DNA of 64,000 nt from Antedon mediterranea (Eukaryota; Animalia; Echinodermata): positions 15,704,871-15,768,870 of the forward strand of contig NC_092676.1 of the NCBI RefSeq assembly GCF_964355755.1, given 5' to 3'. The position numbers were made by a program, and so were the translations under genes. Below, piece after piece: positions 1 through 12,069 of this stretch (position 1 is the first letter of the stretch; every line of letters begins with the position of its first letter). The notes under the pieces were generated by a model. It saw nothing but the letters and a program-made list of their open reading frames with translations, searched no databases and was not told the origin of the DNA.

Positions 1-90
1 AACAATGAACCTTATAACGAAAGGGACTTTCCCTTTTAGGATATACTTGAAATAATCGAGAATTGAAAGGATATGTTCAGATGTTCACAA

Positions 91-156
91 GCGCCTTGAG
101 CACTTTAGTGGATATGTGCGCTGTATAAATCTTATTATTATTATTATTATTATTAT
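91..156 (+). mobile_element. 3' end of an L2-type LINE (or SINE with the same tail) with (TTA)n tail
   Basis: GCGCCTTGAGCACT..AGTGG..ATGTGCGCT..ATAAATC(TTA)n closely matches the reverse complement of the L2 3' end at 8565-8633. Confidence 0.6.
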
Positions 157-185
157 GTGTATGTAGGAAAATGCTGATATAAAAA

Positions 186-3100
186 ATGTATGTTACATTT
201 TTGTTGATAGCGCTCTCATACCTTGGTAAGTACGAATCATAACCAGTATTCATCATCACCATCTTCCTATACTGTGCAGAACCTCATTTGAGTATAGTCA
301 CACATTGTATTGGCAGTACAGACCAGCCGTTATTCCATTTAGTTGCGAAGTTGAAGACAGATATGAATTTTAAGACAGATATACTAACATGTTATTAGAT
401 TGTATTTTAGTAATTGAACAATTCAATTCAAAATATTTTTTTTTCAATTTCAGTTATAAATGCTTATACATATATAATTGTTACTGTACAAGATTCTAAT
501 GTCACATTAGGTGAAGATGCTATTATCAACTGTGTCTACAGTCTCAGGCGGCCTGGGATAAACCCATTTATAGGTATACAATGGTTCAATAGTACTTCAA
601 CGGGAGATATGTTAAACATTCTTGTTGCTAACATGGACTCTAATCCAAATGGTAGATATACAGTCAATAACACAATACAACCTGATAGAGGTATGGCTAC
701 TCTCACCATTGCAAAAACAGTGTTATCTGACGACGGCTATTATGTATGTAGAATTAATGATTATTACTTTGGAGAAGCTGGTTCACATTTTGGAAAACTT
801 AATGTTCACTGTAAGTATTAAATTACGTCATTATTAGTATTTCTAATAAAATCGAATATGCAAGACAATTATGACGTTTCAATTACGATTATTTGTACGG
901 GGAAACGAGCTAATGTTGTCCGATGCTCGTTGTTCTCACAATCTCACGTAGGCCCATAATATAACGATTTTGAATTTCAAGAAAATAAAAAAAGCATAGG
1001 TCTTCATATTATTCGTTACTACATAAAAGTACGGATGTACTGTATTTTTTTTTTAATTGTATATACAGATTATATACCAACTTTTATATATTGTATTGTA
1101 CTTGTTTTATTGTTTTAAACATTGTTCATGTATTTTAATTATTATTATTATAATTATTTTATATATGAATTAGACCAATAAAAAATTAATTGAATTGTAT
1201 CTTTCTTTTATAGATTTTGACAGTAGTTGTCTGCTGATTGATGCTAATAATTTGCTGAAAAAATCACATGTTCTAGCTCTATAACTGGCAACCCAATCAA
1301 TCTTTTTCACAAGAGCTAATATGTCAAAGTATATTATGTTTGTGTTAATTTTGTAAACAATGTGAAATGAAAGTGTTTGTTTTTGCAGACTTAACCGGTA
1401 CTGTCACCATTAGTTCCACTTCTAATGACACTGCTATTGTAGTTACATGCTCTGGTTCAGTTGATGGTAACCCGGTTCCGAATATAAAGCTCTATAAAGA
1501 CGGTATCATTCAGGAGCAATCTGCATTACCTCTAACATACATAATCAGCAGTGTAACAGAGAATGACAAAGGAATCTACATGTGTGAAGTTTACAACACT
1601 GCTTTTTTAACAAATAGTTCTATACTAGAACTGCGTAAGTTTTCAATAATATATGTGTGGTTTGTTGACAATAAACTAATTTAAAATGTGATGAAAGTAA
1701 ACAATTATGTAAAAACAAATAAGAATTACGGGTATTTGATGATATTATTTTGTAACTTTATCTTAATATATAAAGAATCGGTGAAAGATGTTTATCAGAT
1801 TGTCTTATTATACTTGCAAACACTGAAATTGACATTTTCTTGTGAAAAAGCAAGATTGTTTTATAATTAGGCCTAAATGTATTCAAGCACATTTCAAAAA
1901 TGTCTTAATAATTATTCAGATAAACCAACAATTGAGACAGTAGAAAACGATAGTGTTGAACCTAGTGTGGCATATGTTATCGCCCCTGACATCCAAGCTA
2001 ACCCTCAAGAGGTAACTTACGTTTGGAGCAGTGATGATGTTAACGACATAGACACAAACCCTGCAACATTCACATTTACTTCATCAATGGTTGTTGGCAC
2101 AGTTCATAACATATCACTGAAGGCTACTAATCTCATTGGATCAACTTCAAAGAAAGTACGAATTACAGTCTCAGGTTAGAAGGATGTTTTTTCATTCGAT
2201 CGTGAAAGAAACAAACAAGTATCGACCTATCTCCATGCAACTTTTAATGGTTTAACAAGCAGTTTACGCCTTAAGTATGACAACAACAAGTCATTACTTG
2301 TCTTGCAACCTCACTTACAGAAATGTTCCCTCACCTTTTACCAATGCGTGCAGTATCTTACAGATACAGATAAAAATCAGTGGAAGAGGAGTGTTTATTT
2401 AACTTGATTTGTGTTTTTCTGCAGAGTCGTCAAAGCAATCTGAACACAATAAAGACGTCAGTGATAGTAAGGGTTTGGTCATTGGGATGTTTTTTGTAGG
2501 TGTCTTTGTAGGTGCAATTGGACTTTACACTTACAATACGATAAGAAAGGTAGACCTATTGCTCGATAATACTTTTTGTACACTTTACCATTGTTTATGA
2601 AACCGTTATTATTATCTGTATGATAATTTAATTAATGAGTTAACTGATATAATAATTCCTTAAATGAGTTGAAAATAATAACAAAATGCCATAAGTTCTT
2701 CAAAGTAACATAATACTTCATTATTTCTACTATTTGTACGCAATGTGGATCTGCTGTTTATTCATTTTGTTTGTTTTTTATTTAAAAAAAAAGATAATTA
2801 TCTCATAATAGCGGAAAAAAGAAAACCAAAAAACATTTTATTAATTAATAATTGTGTTAATTATTCTTTAATTATTGATTTATAGAAATAAACTTATTTA
2901 TGACTTAAGTATACATATTTTACAATTTGTGAAATAGATTGAATCCATCCTGAACGGAATTTTTAATTAATGTTTACCGGTATTTATTTATTCTTTAGAA
3001 GAAGTTTGCAGAGAAACAAGATACCGTAACAAGAAAACAAGATGTGAGCATTTCATTTTAATACAATCTAAGAACTGATTTAGGCTAAGTATACACATTG

Positions 3101-3648
3101 AAATACATTGATTCCGCTTAGGCAATTATGCTGTTTAATTATTATGTATTTATTCTTTAGAGGAAATTGCCAGAGAAACAAGGTACAGAAAATAGAAATC
3201 AGGATGTAAGTATAAGTAAGTAAGACTCTATAGTTCACTATGTCGGTGTGTCGGTCTGTCGGTCTGTCGGTCCGGTATCACTATGCGTTTTAGCACGCAA
3301 CTTATGGCTGTTGGCCTTGTTTTTGTTTAAGATCAATTTAAGAACTGTCCACAGAACAACTAGTACAGACAATCTAAAGACTGATTATTACCATGATTAA
3401 TAATATTCTATATTTCGTTTATATTTAGTATTATATTTATACTTATATGGAATATATGGGAGGCAGTGGCACAGATTATTATTATGAATTATAATCTATA
3501 TTTCATTTATATTATTTTATTATATTTATAGACTTATATGGAATATATGGGAGACAGTGGCACAGACAACCAAACCTACCAAGACTTACAACATACAGTA
3601 CAGGAGTCTGCTTATGAGAACGTTAAGCCAGGAAATAAATATAACTAG
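186..3648 (+). CDS. IgSF type-I membrane receptor, 409 aa: signal peptide, V-type Ig, C2/I-type Ig, Cys-less Ig/PKD-like domain, TM, tyrosine-motif tail. Exons 186-225, 454-810, 1389-1634, 1920-2174, 2425-2549, 2999-3043, 3161-3205, 3532-3648
   Basis: All introns GT-AG; exons sum to 1230 nt in frame; phase-1 introns around each Ig domain. MYVTFLLIALSYLVINA signal; INCVY..QWF..ATLTI..DDGYYVC; VTC..GNPVP..DKGIYMC; TM GLVIGMFFVGVFVGAIGLYTY; tail TYMEYM..TYQDLQHTVQESAYENV. Confidence 0.88.
1214..1298 (+). pseudogene. Relic paralogous Ig exon in intron 2 of the IgSF gene
   Basis: Pyrimidine tract plus AG at 1212-1213; 1263-1295 reads ITCSSSITGNP versus VTCSGSVDGNP of exon 3; stops and truncation. 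Confidence 0.55.
3224..3320 (+). mobile_element. Short Helentron-associated (HINE/DINE-1-like) element in intron 7
   Basis: GACTCTATAGTTCACTATGTCGG, GTCG/GTCT microsatellite, CTTATGGCTGTTGGCCTTGT then T-run; same family as 14111-14619. Confidence 0.65.
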
Positions 3649-4049
3649 AAAAGTGATGTTAGAAATGAATAGAGGAACAATATAATAATAATAACCAAAT
3701 GTTGTGACGAATTGCAAATGGGTTGTGAACAAAAAAAATACACACAGCACATACAAATGCGCCTTAAAGAAGGTCAAGACCAGTTATTAGCTCATTTTAC
3801 GCTTTCTAGTCTGAACATATTGTGCTTTGGTTTGTTGTCAATTAGTATTCAGTATTTATTTATTCATGGTCAAACACAGTAAAATATGTTCAAGGTTTGA
3901 AATTATTTTTCTGTATTCACATAAAAATATAAAAATGAGTTAAAAAGGTTAACATTTTGTAAAATACAGATAAAACACATCGTTTAAAATACAAAATACA
4001 GGCAAGATTGGTGTGTGAAAAGGGTATAGCATAAAATGATCAACATTTC

Positions 4050-4330
4050 CAAGTTTCATTGAATTGCCTCATTGCAGTAGGGATAAACAAGTTTCTCAAT
4101 ATATTGGTTTTCCATCTTGGGTACACTAAACCCCCTGACTTACTAAAGACAAGGTACTGTAATGGTGGAGAGGGTGATACTCATCCCACATAATTACTTA
4201 AAATGTTTTACTTTTGGCAACAATATCTTTAGCGTTCTTACTATCTTTAGTTCAATTATGCCTAAACTTAGTCTTAGTTCTGCTGTTGCTTTTTGACAAA
4301 ATTATAGATAATTGATTATATATTGCAATC
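4050..4330 (-). mobile_element. Decayed 3' fragment of a non-LTR retrotransposon
   Basis: Minus strand reads EYHPLHY..LRNLFIPTAMRQFN, resembling the HPLH..NSFIP.AIR C-terminus of LINE ORF2; stops present. Confidence 0.4.
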
Positions 4331-4481
4331 TACTACTAAAATGTTGTACACGGAAATAATACAAATAACCGATCAGGATGAGTGAACCAGTGAATGCCTA
4401 CTTCAACAATAAATAAACAGTGAATTATTATTGGTCAAATGTGAAATAGCAGGAAATAGCATTTAACCAATATTGGTTCCC

Positions 4482-4510
4482 CCATGGAGAAATAACTTAT
4501 TTCTCCATGG
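4482..4510. repeat. Perfect 29-bp hairpin, probably a minimal TIR-only element
   Basis: CCATGGAGAAATAA-C-TTATTTCTCCATGG; GTTCCCC (4476-4482) and GTTCCTC (4510-4516) resemble a 7-bp TSD around the 27-bp core. Confidence 0.7.
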
Positions 4511-4871
4511 TTCCTCTGAAATGGCGTACGCGTAACGCAAAAATGGATTGATTAATCCAAAAAGCGATAATAGTTGAGATGATCCATCGCGTCGTGATTG
4601 ATTGGTTACATTATTTGAAATGTTGGAATATAGGCCTAGGCCTATGTTACGTCAAACTTTGTAATAAATGTCGCACTTTTGATAACCTCGAACTTTGTCA
4701 ATTGAGCTGTCAATAACTGAGCTGTCGCACGTTTATATATATATAAGAACAGTAACATTGATAAAATCACTGTTGCGCGTGCGTACAACTGAGGACTAGT
4801 GCTGTTCCGCCGTACCACGCCGAGAATGTTAAAGAGTCGTTATCCAATCGAGTTCGAACAATACCTTGAAA

Positions 4872-4943
4872 GCCCCAGTGGTCTAATGGTTAGGACATCT
4901 GCATATCAAGCAGGCGGTCCGAGTTCGAGTCTCGGTTGGGGCG
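4872..4943 (+). tRNA. 72-nt cloverleaf tRNA-like gene, anticodon ATC (Asp); probably element-derived
   Basis: Acceptor GCCCCAG/TTGGGGC, D stem GTCT/GGAC, anticodon stem TCTGC/GCAGG with loop ATATCAA, T arm CCGAG-TTCGAGT-CTCGG, G73, then TTTTT. Confidence 0.7.
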
Positions 4944-5051
4944 ACTTTTTCTCATTCTCACAGATTTTCCTCATCGTTATCGTTTCAAATTAATTAATTA
5001 AATTTCAGTATATCACCGGGCGGTTTAGAATTAATGTTCATTGCCTGATGT

Positions 5052-5054
<3 letters not shown>

Positions 5055-5141
<87 letters not shown>
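5055..5141. repeat. (TA)n microsatellite, about 43 units
   Basis: Directly visible. Confidence 0.98.
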
Positions 5142-5144
<3 letters not shown>

Positions 5145-5639
5145 ATTGTATCAATGTTACTGTTCTTAGAATCTGTACATTAATATTTCTTTTCTGTTAT
5201 CCACCTTTTTTCCATAATTTTCAAATATTTTTTTGGTTCTATAATTCTCAACATCTAAAATTACTGTAGACGATACATTTACTAATGTAATTATATAATT
5301 ATTTTCGGTATGTATTTTTTAGATATAATATAATTCATTGTTTACCCTATATAGGCCTACAGACTATATACATTATTTTAAAATGCGAATTCTTTAAAAA
5401 ATTATTTAAAATGGTTTTTTTACTATTGTGTCTAGTTTAAAAAAAATTACTTTATATAAGATAAAATGTAACTGCCTATGGGTATTATACAATAATATTA
5501 TGTAACATATCATATGTGTATATTTATACCTGTAGTACATAACTATTCTCATACATACATACATATATATCTTAAATAATCAGATTCACATAAATGTAAA
5601 TTATAACAGGCGGTTAAGGTAAGATCTATTTTTTTTTTC

Positions 5640-7863
5640 CGCTATAAAAAGACGAGACAGTGATCCGGTCCATTTGTTTACATTTTTCAAAATAAGTGCT
5701 TTGTAAACGCAGAAGCATCCAATAGATAACATGTGGTCGACATATATGTTTCCTCTACCTAGCACAATGTTTCGATAATTTGCCTCGATCCCAAATTGTG
5801 TAGGGTGTAAACGTTAATATAGGCCCATAAGGGTTTTACTTCAGTGCATTCGTAAAAGAAATGCGCACCCTTCTCTACTACGTTGCATTGTAGGCAAGTA
5901 TCTATGTTACTAATTTTCCATTTTAAGAGCCCTCTTTTGGTAGGTGTTATACAATGCAGTAGTTTGATGTTCAACTGTTGAAGTTTATTATCGTCAATAT
6001 CTTTAATTTTTCTTTTCCATGTTAGAGACCAATCGTTCGATCTATGTTAAAATATGTTTCCCACTGTTTTACTTTTGGATAGTTCTAGACATTTTTCCGT
6101 AATAAAGAATGAACATATTTGTTTGCTACTCATATTCAAACATCGAACATGTGTGGGTTTTGAGTGCTTTTGTTTTTTTCATCTTAAAAGATTCTTTCTT
6201 TAATTGTCTTTAATACAATTTACCATTCTGCAATCCAGTTTGATTTATACCTAAGCATATTAATTCATTTATTAATATCCTTAATATTTCACACACCTGA
6301 CCTTATCCAGTTTATAAAAAATAATGACATTGTATAAAATCATTTTGTTATACCAAAGTTGTTGATCATCATAACATAGGCCTAATTGACGTTTAGTCAT
6401 ACCACAATTAGGTTTGACTAAAATACATAGTATAGATTTATATAAATCTGGTATCATCAATATATGATATGTTTTCAATAATATCTTTTATTCTATTGCA
6501 ATACGTGTTTGGCAGACATTTCCACTTTGAATCCTCATTGTTTAACAATCTTTTAAGCCAAGATATTTTTAAAGGTTTAACCTGTGACCTGAAATCAGGC
6601 GCTTACACACCACCACACTGATATTCATCCATAAGAACTACTCTTTTAATCTTTTCTCTTTTTCCATCACACAAAATGTCAAAAAATTATATTATCAATA
6701 CGTTTTAGAACACTTTCAGGCGTGTCTATAATACTTGCAACATAAACAAGTTCCGCCAGGCCAAGGGTCTTTAAGATAAAGACCCTTGTTGTTAACAAAC
6801 AAAATTCTTGTCATAGCCAATATAAATACCTAGAACTTTAAAACCGTCAGAAATCCAATTAATATTAAATAGCTTGTCCTTTTTCTTCCATTGTCCAAGC
6901 CACATGGCATTTGTTTTTTCTTTCTTCAGTTTTAACCCAGATCGGCCTACACTACCAAATTCTATAACAACAACTTCAATACACTTTTTTTATGCTGTTC
7001 TCACCTTTTATTAATAAGACCGTGTTGTCTGAAAGTTGTGCAATTTTGACAACTGGGTTTGTAAAAGTATACCTGAAATCACTTTTTCCTGTTTTATCTT
7101 TAACGCCATAATTTCAGCAACAACCAAGATGAAAAGAAGGGCAGATAAAGGACAACGTTGTCTTTATACCTCTAAACATTTTAAAGCTTTTTGAGCACCA
7201 TTCATTGTTCAAAATAATACATTCCATTTCAGCATATAGAACTCTGACCCATGCAATAAAAGACGGTCCAAAATTGAAATGGTACAATTTAAATGGTTCC
7301 TGTCTACTGTGTCAAAAGCTTTTATAAAGTCTAAACTTAATAATGCCCCTGTTAACTTTCTGGTATCCAAATATGTAATTACATCTTCGATTAATCTGAT
7401 GTTTTCATCACCAAATCGGCCTCTAATATACCCTATTTGATCATTGCTCACAATTGTTTTAATAACATTTTGTAGCCTCTTTGTTAAAACGAAGGCGACA
7501 ATTTTATAGTCAGTGTTTAAGAGGATTATAGGTCTCCAATTGTTTAGGTCTTCAGGATCACCTTTTTTAAATAGTAGGTAAACTAATCCCCTTCTTTGCG
7601 TATTCGATAGTGATCCATTCTTTAAAAATAGATTGAAAGCGTTGCAGACTAATACGCCAATCTTGGGCCATAATGTCTGATAGAATCCTATCGTGAGAGA
7701 CCATCGATACCGGGCCCTTTATTTAGTTTCATACTCCGTATCGCTTCTTCGCATTCTATGGAGGTTAATTCTCCTTCACATAACCCCTTTTAAAGGTGTG
7801 TTAACTTTGGAACGTCTATTAAATTACAACATTTTTGAATATCAATTGCATGTATGTCCTCTT
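5640..7863 (-). mobile_element. Tx1/L1-like LINE ORF2, 3' part (RT to C-terminal Cys motif), decayed
   Basis: LCEGELT..ECEEAIRSMKLNKGPGIDGL, NWRPIILLNTDYKI, DQIGYIRGR..ENIRLI, LSLDFIKAFDTVD, CLQCNVVEKGAHFFYEC; frameshifts. Confidence 0.85.
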
Positions 7864-8564
7864 ACCCGGATATTCACCCCTGGACATTCACCCCCCGGAA
7901 AACTACCCCCGGACAACCACCACCTGGACCACTACCCCCTTAGGACAACTACCCCTTTAGGACAACTACACCCCGGACAAATACCCCCGGACAACTACCC
8001 CCTTAGGACAACAACCCCCTTAGGACAACTACCCCCTGGACAACTACCCCCCGGACAATTACCCCCTAGGAACAATTACCCCCGGACAATTACCCCCCCC
8101 CCCCCGGGTAATTACCCCGCGGACAAATACCTCTGACACAATATTCCCCGTAGGACAACTACTTCCTGGACAATACTCCGAGGGCAAATAATCTTTTAGG
8201 ACAACTACCTCCGTAGGACAACTAACCCCTGGACAACTACCCGCCGGACAATTACCCCCTAAGAACAATTACCCCCTGACAATTACCCGCCGGACAATTA
8301 CTCCCTAAGAACAATTACCCCCTGACAATTACCCCCGGAGAACTACCACCCAGAAAACTATCCCTTTAGAACAACTACCCCGCGGACGGACAACTTGACT
8401 CTGCAACAGTGTATAATAGGAATTAATAACTATATTTTAATGCGTTACTTTGACGAATTACTATTCATTATTGTAAACAAAAGTAAAAGATTGAACATAA
8501 ATATAGCCTGGTATAAACTGAAGATTGTCACACATGATCATAGGATAGTCGAACGTATTATATA

Positions 8565-11330
8565 AATAATAATAAATAAATAATAACAGGATTTTTATAG
8601 CGCACATACCACTCAAGAGTGCTCAAGGCGCATTAAAAAAACAAACAAACAAATCATACAAATGCCTGACAAATAAAATGCAATTTCTTTAGAGGGTCCC
8701 CATCCGTTCTCGTTCTGTCGCGGTCCCGGACCCCTACCTAGGTGACCAAACAAAGGAGCAGGATACACATTTGCCTTGCCACAGACGACCGGGTGCTCAG
8801 AGACAACAACCAAGACAGAGGCACCCCAAAGATAATGCTGGTCAGGAAAAAGTATACTATAAAATTCTAGAACTTTAAGAAACCTCATGATTTCCATATG
8901 CCTTAATGAATAAATGTGTTTTTAATAATTTTTTAAAAGTATCAACAGTTTTGCAAAATCTGATAGAGCTCGGTAGAGCATTCCATAGACGAGGAGCAGT
9001 AACGGTGAAAGCTCTGTCTCACCATGAGTAGTGAGACTTAGGTTGATGTAGAAGCAGCGTATCACTAGAACGCAGATTCCGTCTGGGAACATACAGCCTA
9101 AGCATGTCAGAAATATATTCAGGAGCCATGCCATTAATAGACTTAAAAACATAGAGTAATATTTTAAAAACAATGTGGTACCTAACATGAAGCCAATGCA
9201 AAGTTTCCAAGGTATTTGATATGTGTGCATATCTTGGTAGTTTTTTAACAACTCGTGCCGCTGTATTTTGAATCAGCTGAAGCCTGTGGAGTTGTTTTTG
9301 TGGGAGACAAACTAACAAGGAGTTACACATATCAAGACGCGAACTAACAAGTGCATGTACAAGTTGCTCAGCAGCTGCACGATTTAAGTATTTTCTGATG
9401 CCTCGAATATTTCTTAAATGATATGACGATGCAGACGTAATTTTAGAAATATGAGCCGTCATTGTCATATTAGAATCCAGAATTACACCAAGATTTCTAA
9501 CTTGTGTAGTATTTTTAGTACAAAAGTTACCAATGGAAACCCTCCTAGATGGAATTTTCTCTAACTGTTGTTGCGAACCAAATAGAATGTACTCAGTCTT
9601 ATCATCATTAAGTTTTAAAAAGTTTTTGGCCATCCAGACACGAATTTCAGAGACACATTTTTCAAGCAAATCAATTGATAATTCACTCTGTGTCATAGTA
9701 GGTTTAAACGATATATATATCTGAGTGTCATCAGCGTAAACATGATAGCTAAGATTATATTTCTTAATGATATCACGAATAGGATATACATAAATTGTAA
9801 ACAATTGTGGACCTAACACAGATCCGTGCGGAACAGAGTAATTTAAAGTGGTAGGTTGAGAGATTACCTCTCTAATACAAATGTGTTGAGGTCTGTCCGC
9901 CAAGTATGATTGACACCATCTTAGTGCACATCTCTCAACACCAATAGAAGCATGCAACCTCTCAATCAGAATACTATGATCTACCGTATCAAACGCAGCA
10001 CTCAAATCAAGTAAAATTAAAGCAGTTACTTTTCCAACATCCATCGCACGAAGTGCAGTTTCAGTACTGTGATGTGCTTTATACGCTGATTGAAACGGGT
10101 CAAGTAAAGAATTATCCTTTACATGTGATAGTATACGTTTAGATACCACTTTTTCAATTACTTTTCCAAGAAAACACAGATTTGATACTGGTCTGTAATT
10201 GGATTATAGCTTTTCAGGATCAAGACCCGATTTCTTTAATTGAGGACGTATGTGCGAGATTTTACAAATATCTGGGAAAACCCCAGTTTCCAAAGACAGA
10301 TTAACGACACGTGTAATTAGTGGAACAAAAACAACAGCATTTCTCTTAATTAACAGAGTAGGAACTGGATCAAGACTGCAAGATTTAGCAGGCGAGTTTT
10401 TGACAATTTTAGAAATTTCTTTTTTACTTGCAGGTTCAAATTTACAAAGGGAGGGACAATTTTCACAGCATACGTCGTTATTAATGTAATGAGACAAACT
10501 TCCAGCACTATCTTTAACAAGAAGTTTACGAATATTAACAATTTTATTTTTAAAAAATACGGAAAATCTTTCTGCAAGCAACTCATCTGAGTGAGAAAAT
10601 GGAAGCACCGACGATTTAGAACAGTGTAAAAGATTGTTTACAACTTTAAACAGCTTCTTCTGATCACATGAGCAATCTTCAACCAGATCAGAATAATATC
10701 GTTTCTTAGCACTTTCAACAAGCATATTAACAATACACCGCTGATGACAATATTTCTGTCTATCTAAGGTATTTTTTGATTTCATCCATTTTCTCTCAAA
10801 TACGCGACGGAGTTTTCTCGCAGATCTAATTTCCTCAGTATACCACGGTTTTGAAGAATTTAGTTTGATACATTTTGTTTTTAAAGGTGCGTGTTTATCC
10901 ATAACTTCTCTTAAAGAGCAGTATCTTTCAATATTTTCTTGCAAAGTACCATCATGCATATCAGACAACCGAGCTTGTATGTCATTTGAAAATATTGTTG
11001 TATCAATACTGTTTATATTTCGGATTTTAATTTTAGATTTAGGAAGAGGTGGTTTCTTGAAGTCGAGACTACAAAGTAGATCAGAGATACCCGGTTTTAC
11101 AGTGATCCCCGAGATCAGAGAAACATCTCTAGTAATAATGAGATCAAGACAATGACCACCATCATGCGTAGGTTCATTTACATGCTGTATAAGATTGAAA
11201 GACTGCAATAGATGATTACATTTATTTGCAGCGATATTCTCATTTTTATCAATGTGGATATTAAAATCACCACAAAAAATTACTTCTGATGGAATAATGT
11301 ACTCCCTGTATTTACTGTAAAGACTGGGTT
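8565..11330 (-). mobile_element. 5'-truncated L2-clade LINE (end of APE domain, RT, 3' UTR, AAT-type tail)
   Basis: ORFs 10204-11208 and 9019-10149: CGDFNIH, PTH..GHCLDLII, LLDLSAAFDTVDH, GSVLGP, YADDTQIY, LHWL; few disabling lesions. Confidence 0.92.
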
Positions 11331-11750
11331 CGCTAATAATAATAATAATTTTTGCGTCAGGACAATGCTTCGATAACCACTGGTCTTAAAAGAATAAATT
11401 TTTGTCTCAAATTTGTCATATATGTATTTTTGTACACTTGAAGAATAATATCACTTTTGATATTTGACCTCAATGTTCACTCACCGAATAAACGGCGATC
11501 TTTAAATAAATTCCCCTCAAATAAACGGTGACCATGTCACTCCCATGAAACATCATATGGAATAATCGGCGTCTATTTCCATTAGATTATACCCCCTCCC
11601 ATTGAATAAACAACTTTCTTCCAATAAATGTCCACCTAAAAACCACCTAAACAATTAACAGTCCAGGGCGTTTTTTCAATAAATACGGTACTTTAAATCT
11701 AGCACATCTAGGGTCTAGCGTGCTGTTAAACAGAATAATCGGTTAAAAAC

Positions 11751-12069
11751 GGGTGTTTCGAAACTAGAGACCCGAGAGCAGAGACCAGAGTCCCGAGACC
11801 CAATACGAAAAGGGAGACCTAAATATACGAAAATGGAGACCCACGTACGAAAAGGGAGACCCCCACTATACGAAAAAGGAGACCCCACTATACGAAAAGG
11901 GAGACCCTAATATACGAAAAGGGAGACCTAAATATACGAAAAGGGAGACCCAAATATACAAAAATGGAGACCCAAATATACAAAATGGGAGACCCAAATA
12001 TAGGTCTCCCTTTTCGTATTGGGGGTCGTGTCAGGTCTCTGGTCTCGGGTCTCTAGTTTCGAAACACCC
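11751..12069. mobile_element. MULE-type MITE with internal 20-22-bp tandem repeats
   Basis: TIR GGGTGTTTCGAAACTAGAGACCCGAGA and reverse complement; perfect 9-bp TSD GTTAAAAAC (11742-11750, 12070-12078); ATACGAAAAGGGAGACCC array. Confidence 0.85.

Larger units (their letters stand above)
4744..5168. mobile_element. Inverted-repeat cassette carrying a tRNA and a (TA)n tract
   Basis: TAAGAACAGTAACATTGATAAAATCAC (4744-4770) and its reverse complement at 5142-5168 with 1 mismatch in 27. Confidence 0.6.

Noticed and set aside
363-453. Alternative starts for the Ig gene (ATG 363, ATG 389, TTG 414)
   Set aside because: They lie in intron 1; 186-225 supplies a proper signal peptide with a GTAAGT donor in the right phase
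5048-5269. (YI)n ORF
   Set aside because: Translation of the (TA)n microsatellite
7693-8268. Pro-rich ORFs (PPGQL repeats), also 12277-12465
   Set aside because: Read-through of the foldback minisatellite arms, not genes
9533-11155. Plus-strand ORFs overlapping the L2
   Set aside because: Antisense shadows of the RT frame
11800-12000. CRISPR-like periodic repeats, also 19480-19745 and 33431-33668
   Set aside because: No unique spacers, no cas genes, eukaryotic context; they are internal repeats of transposons
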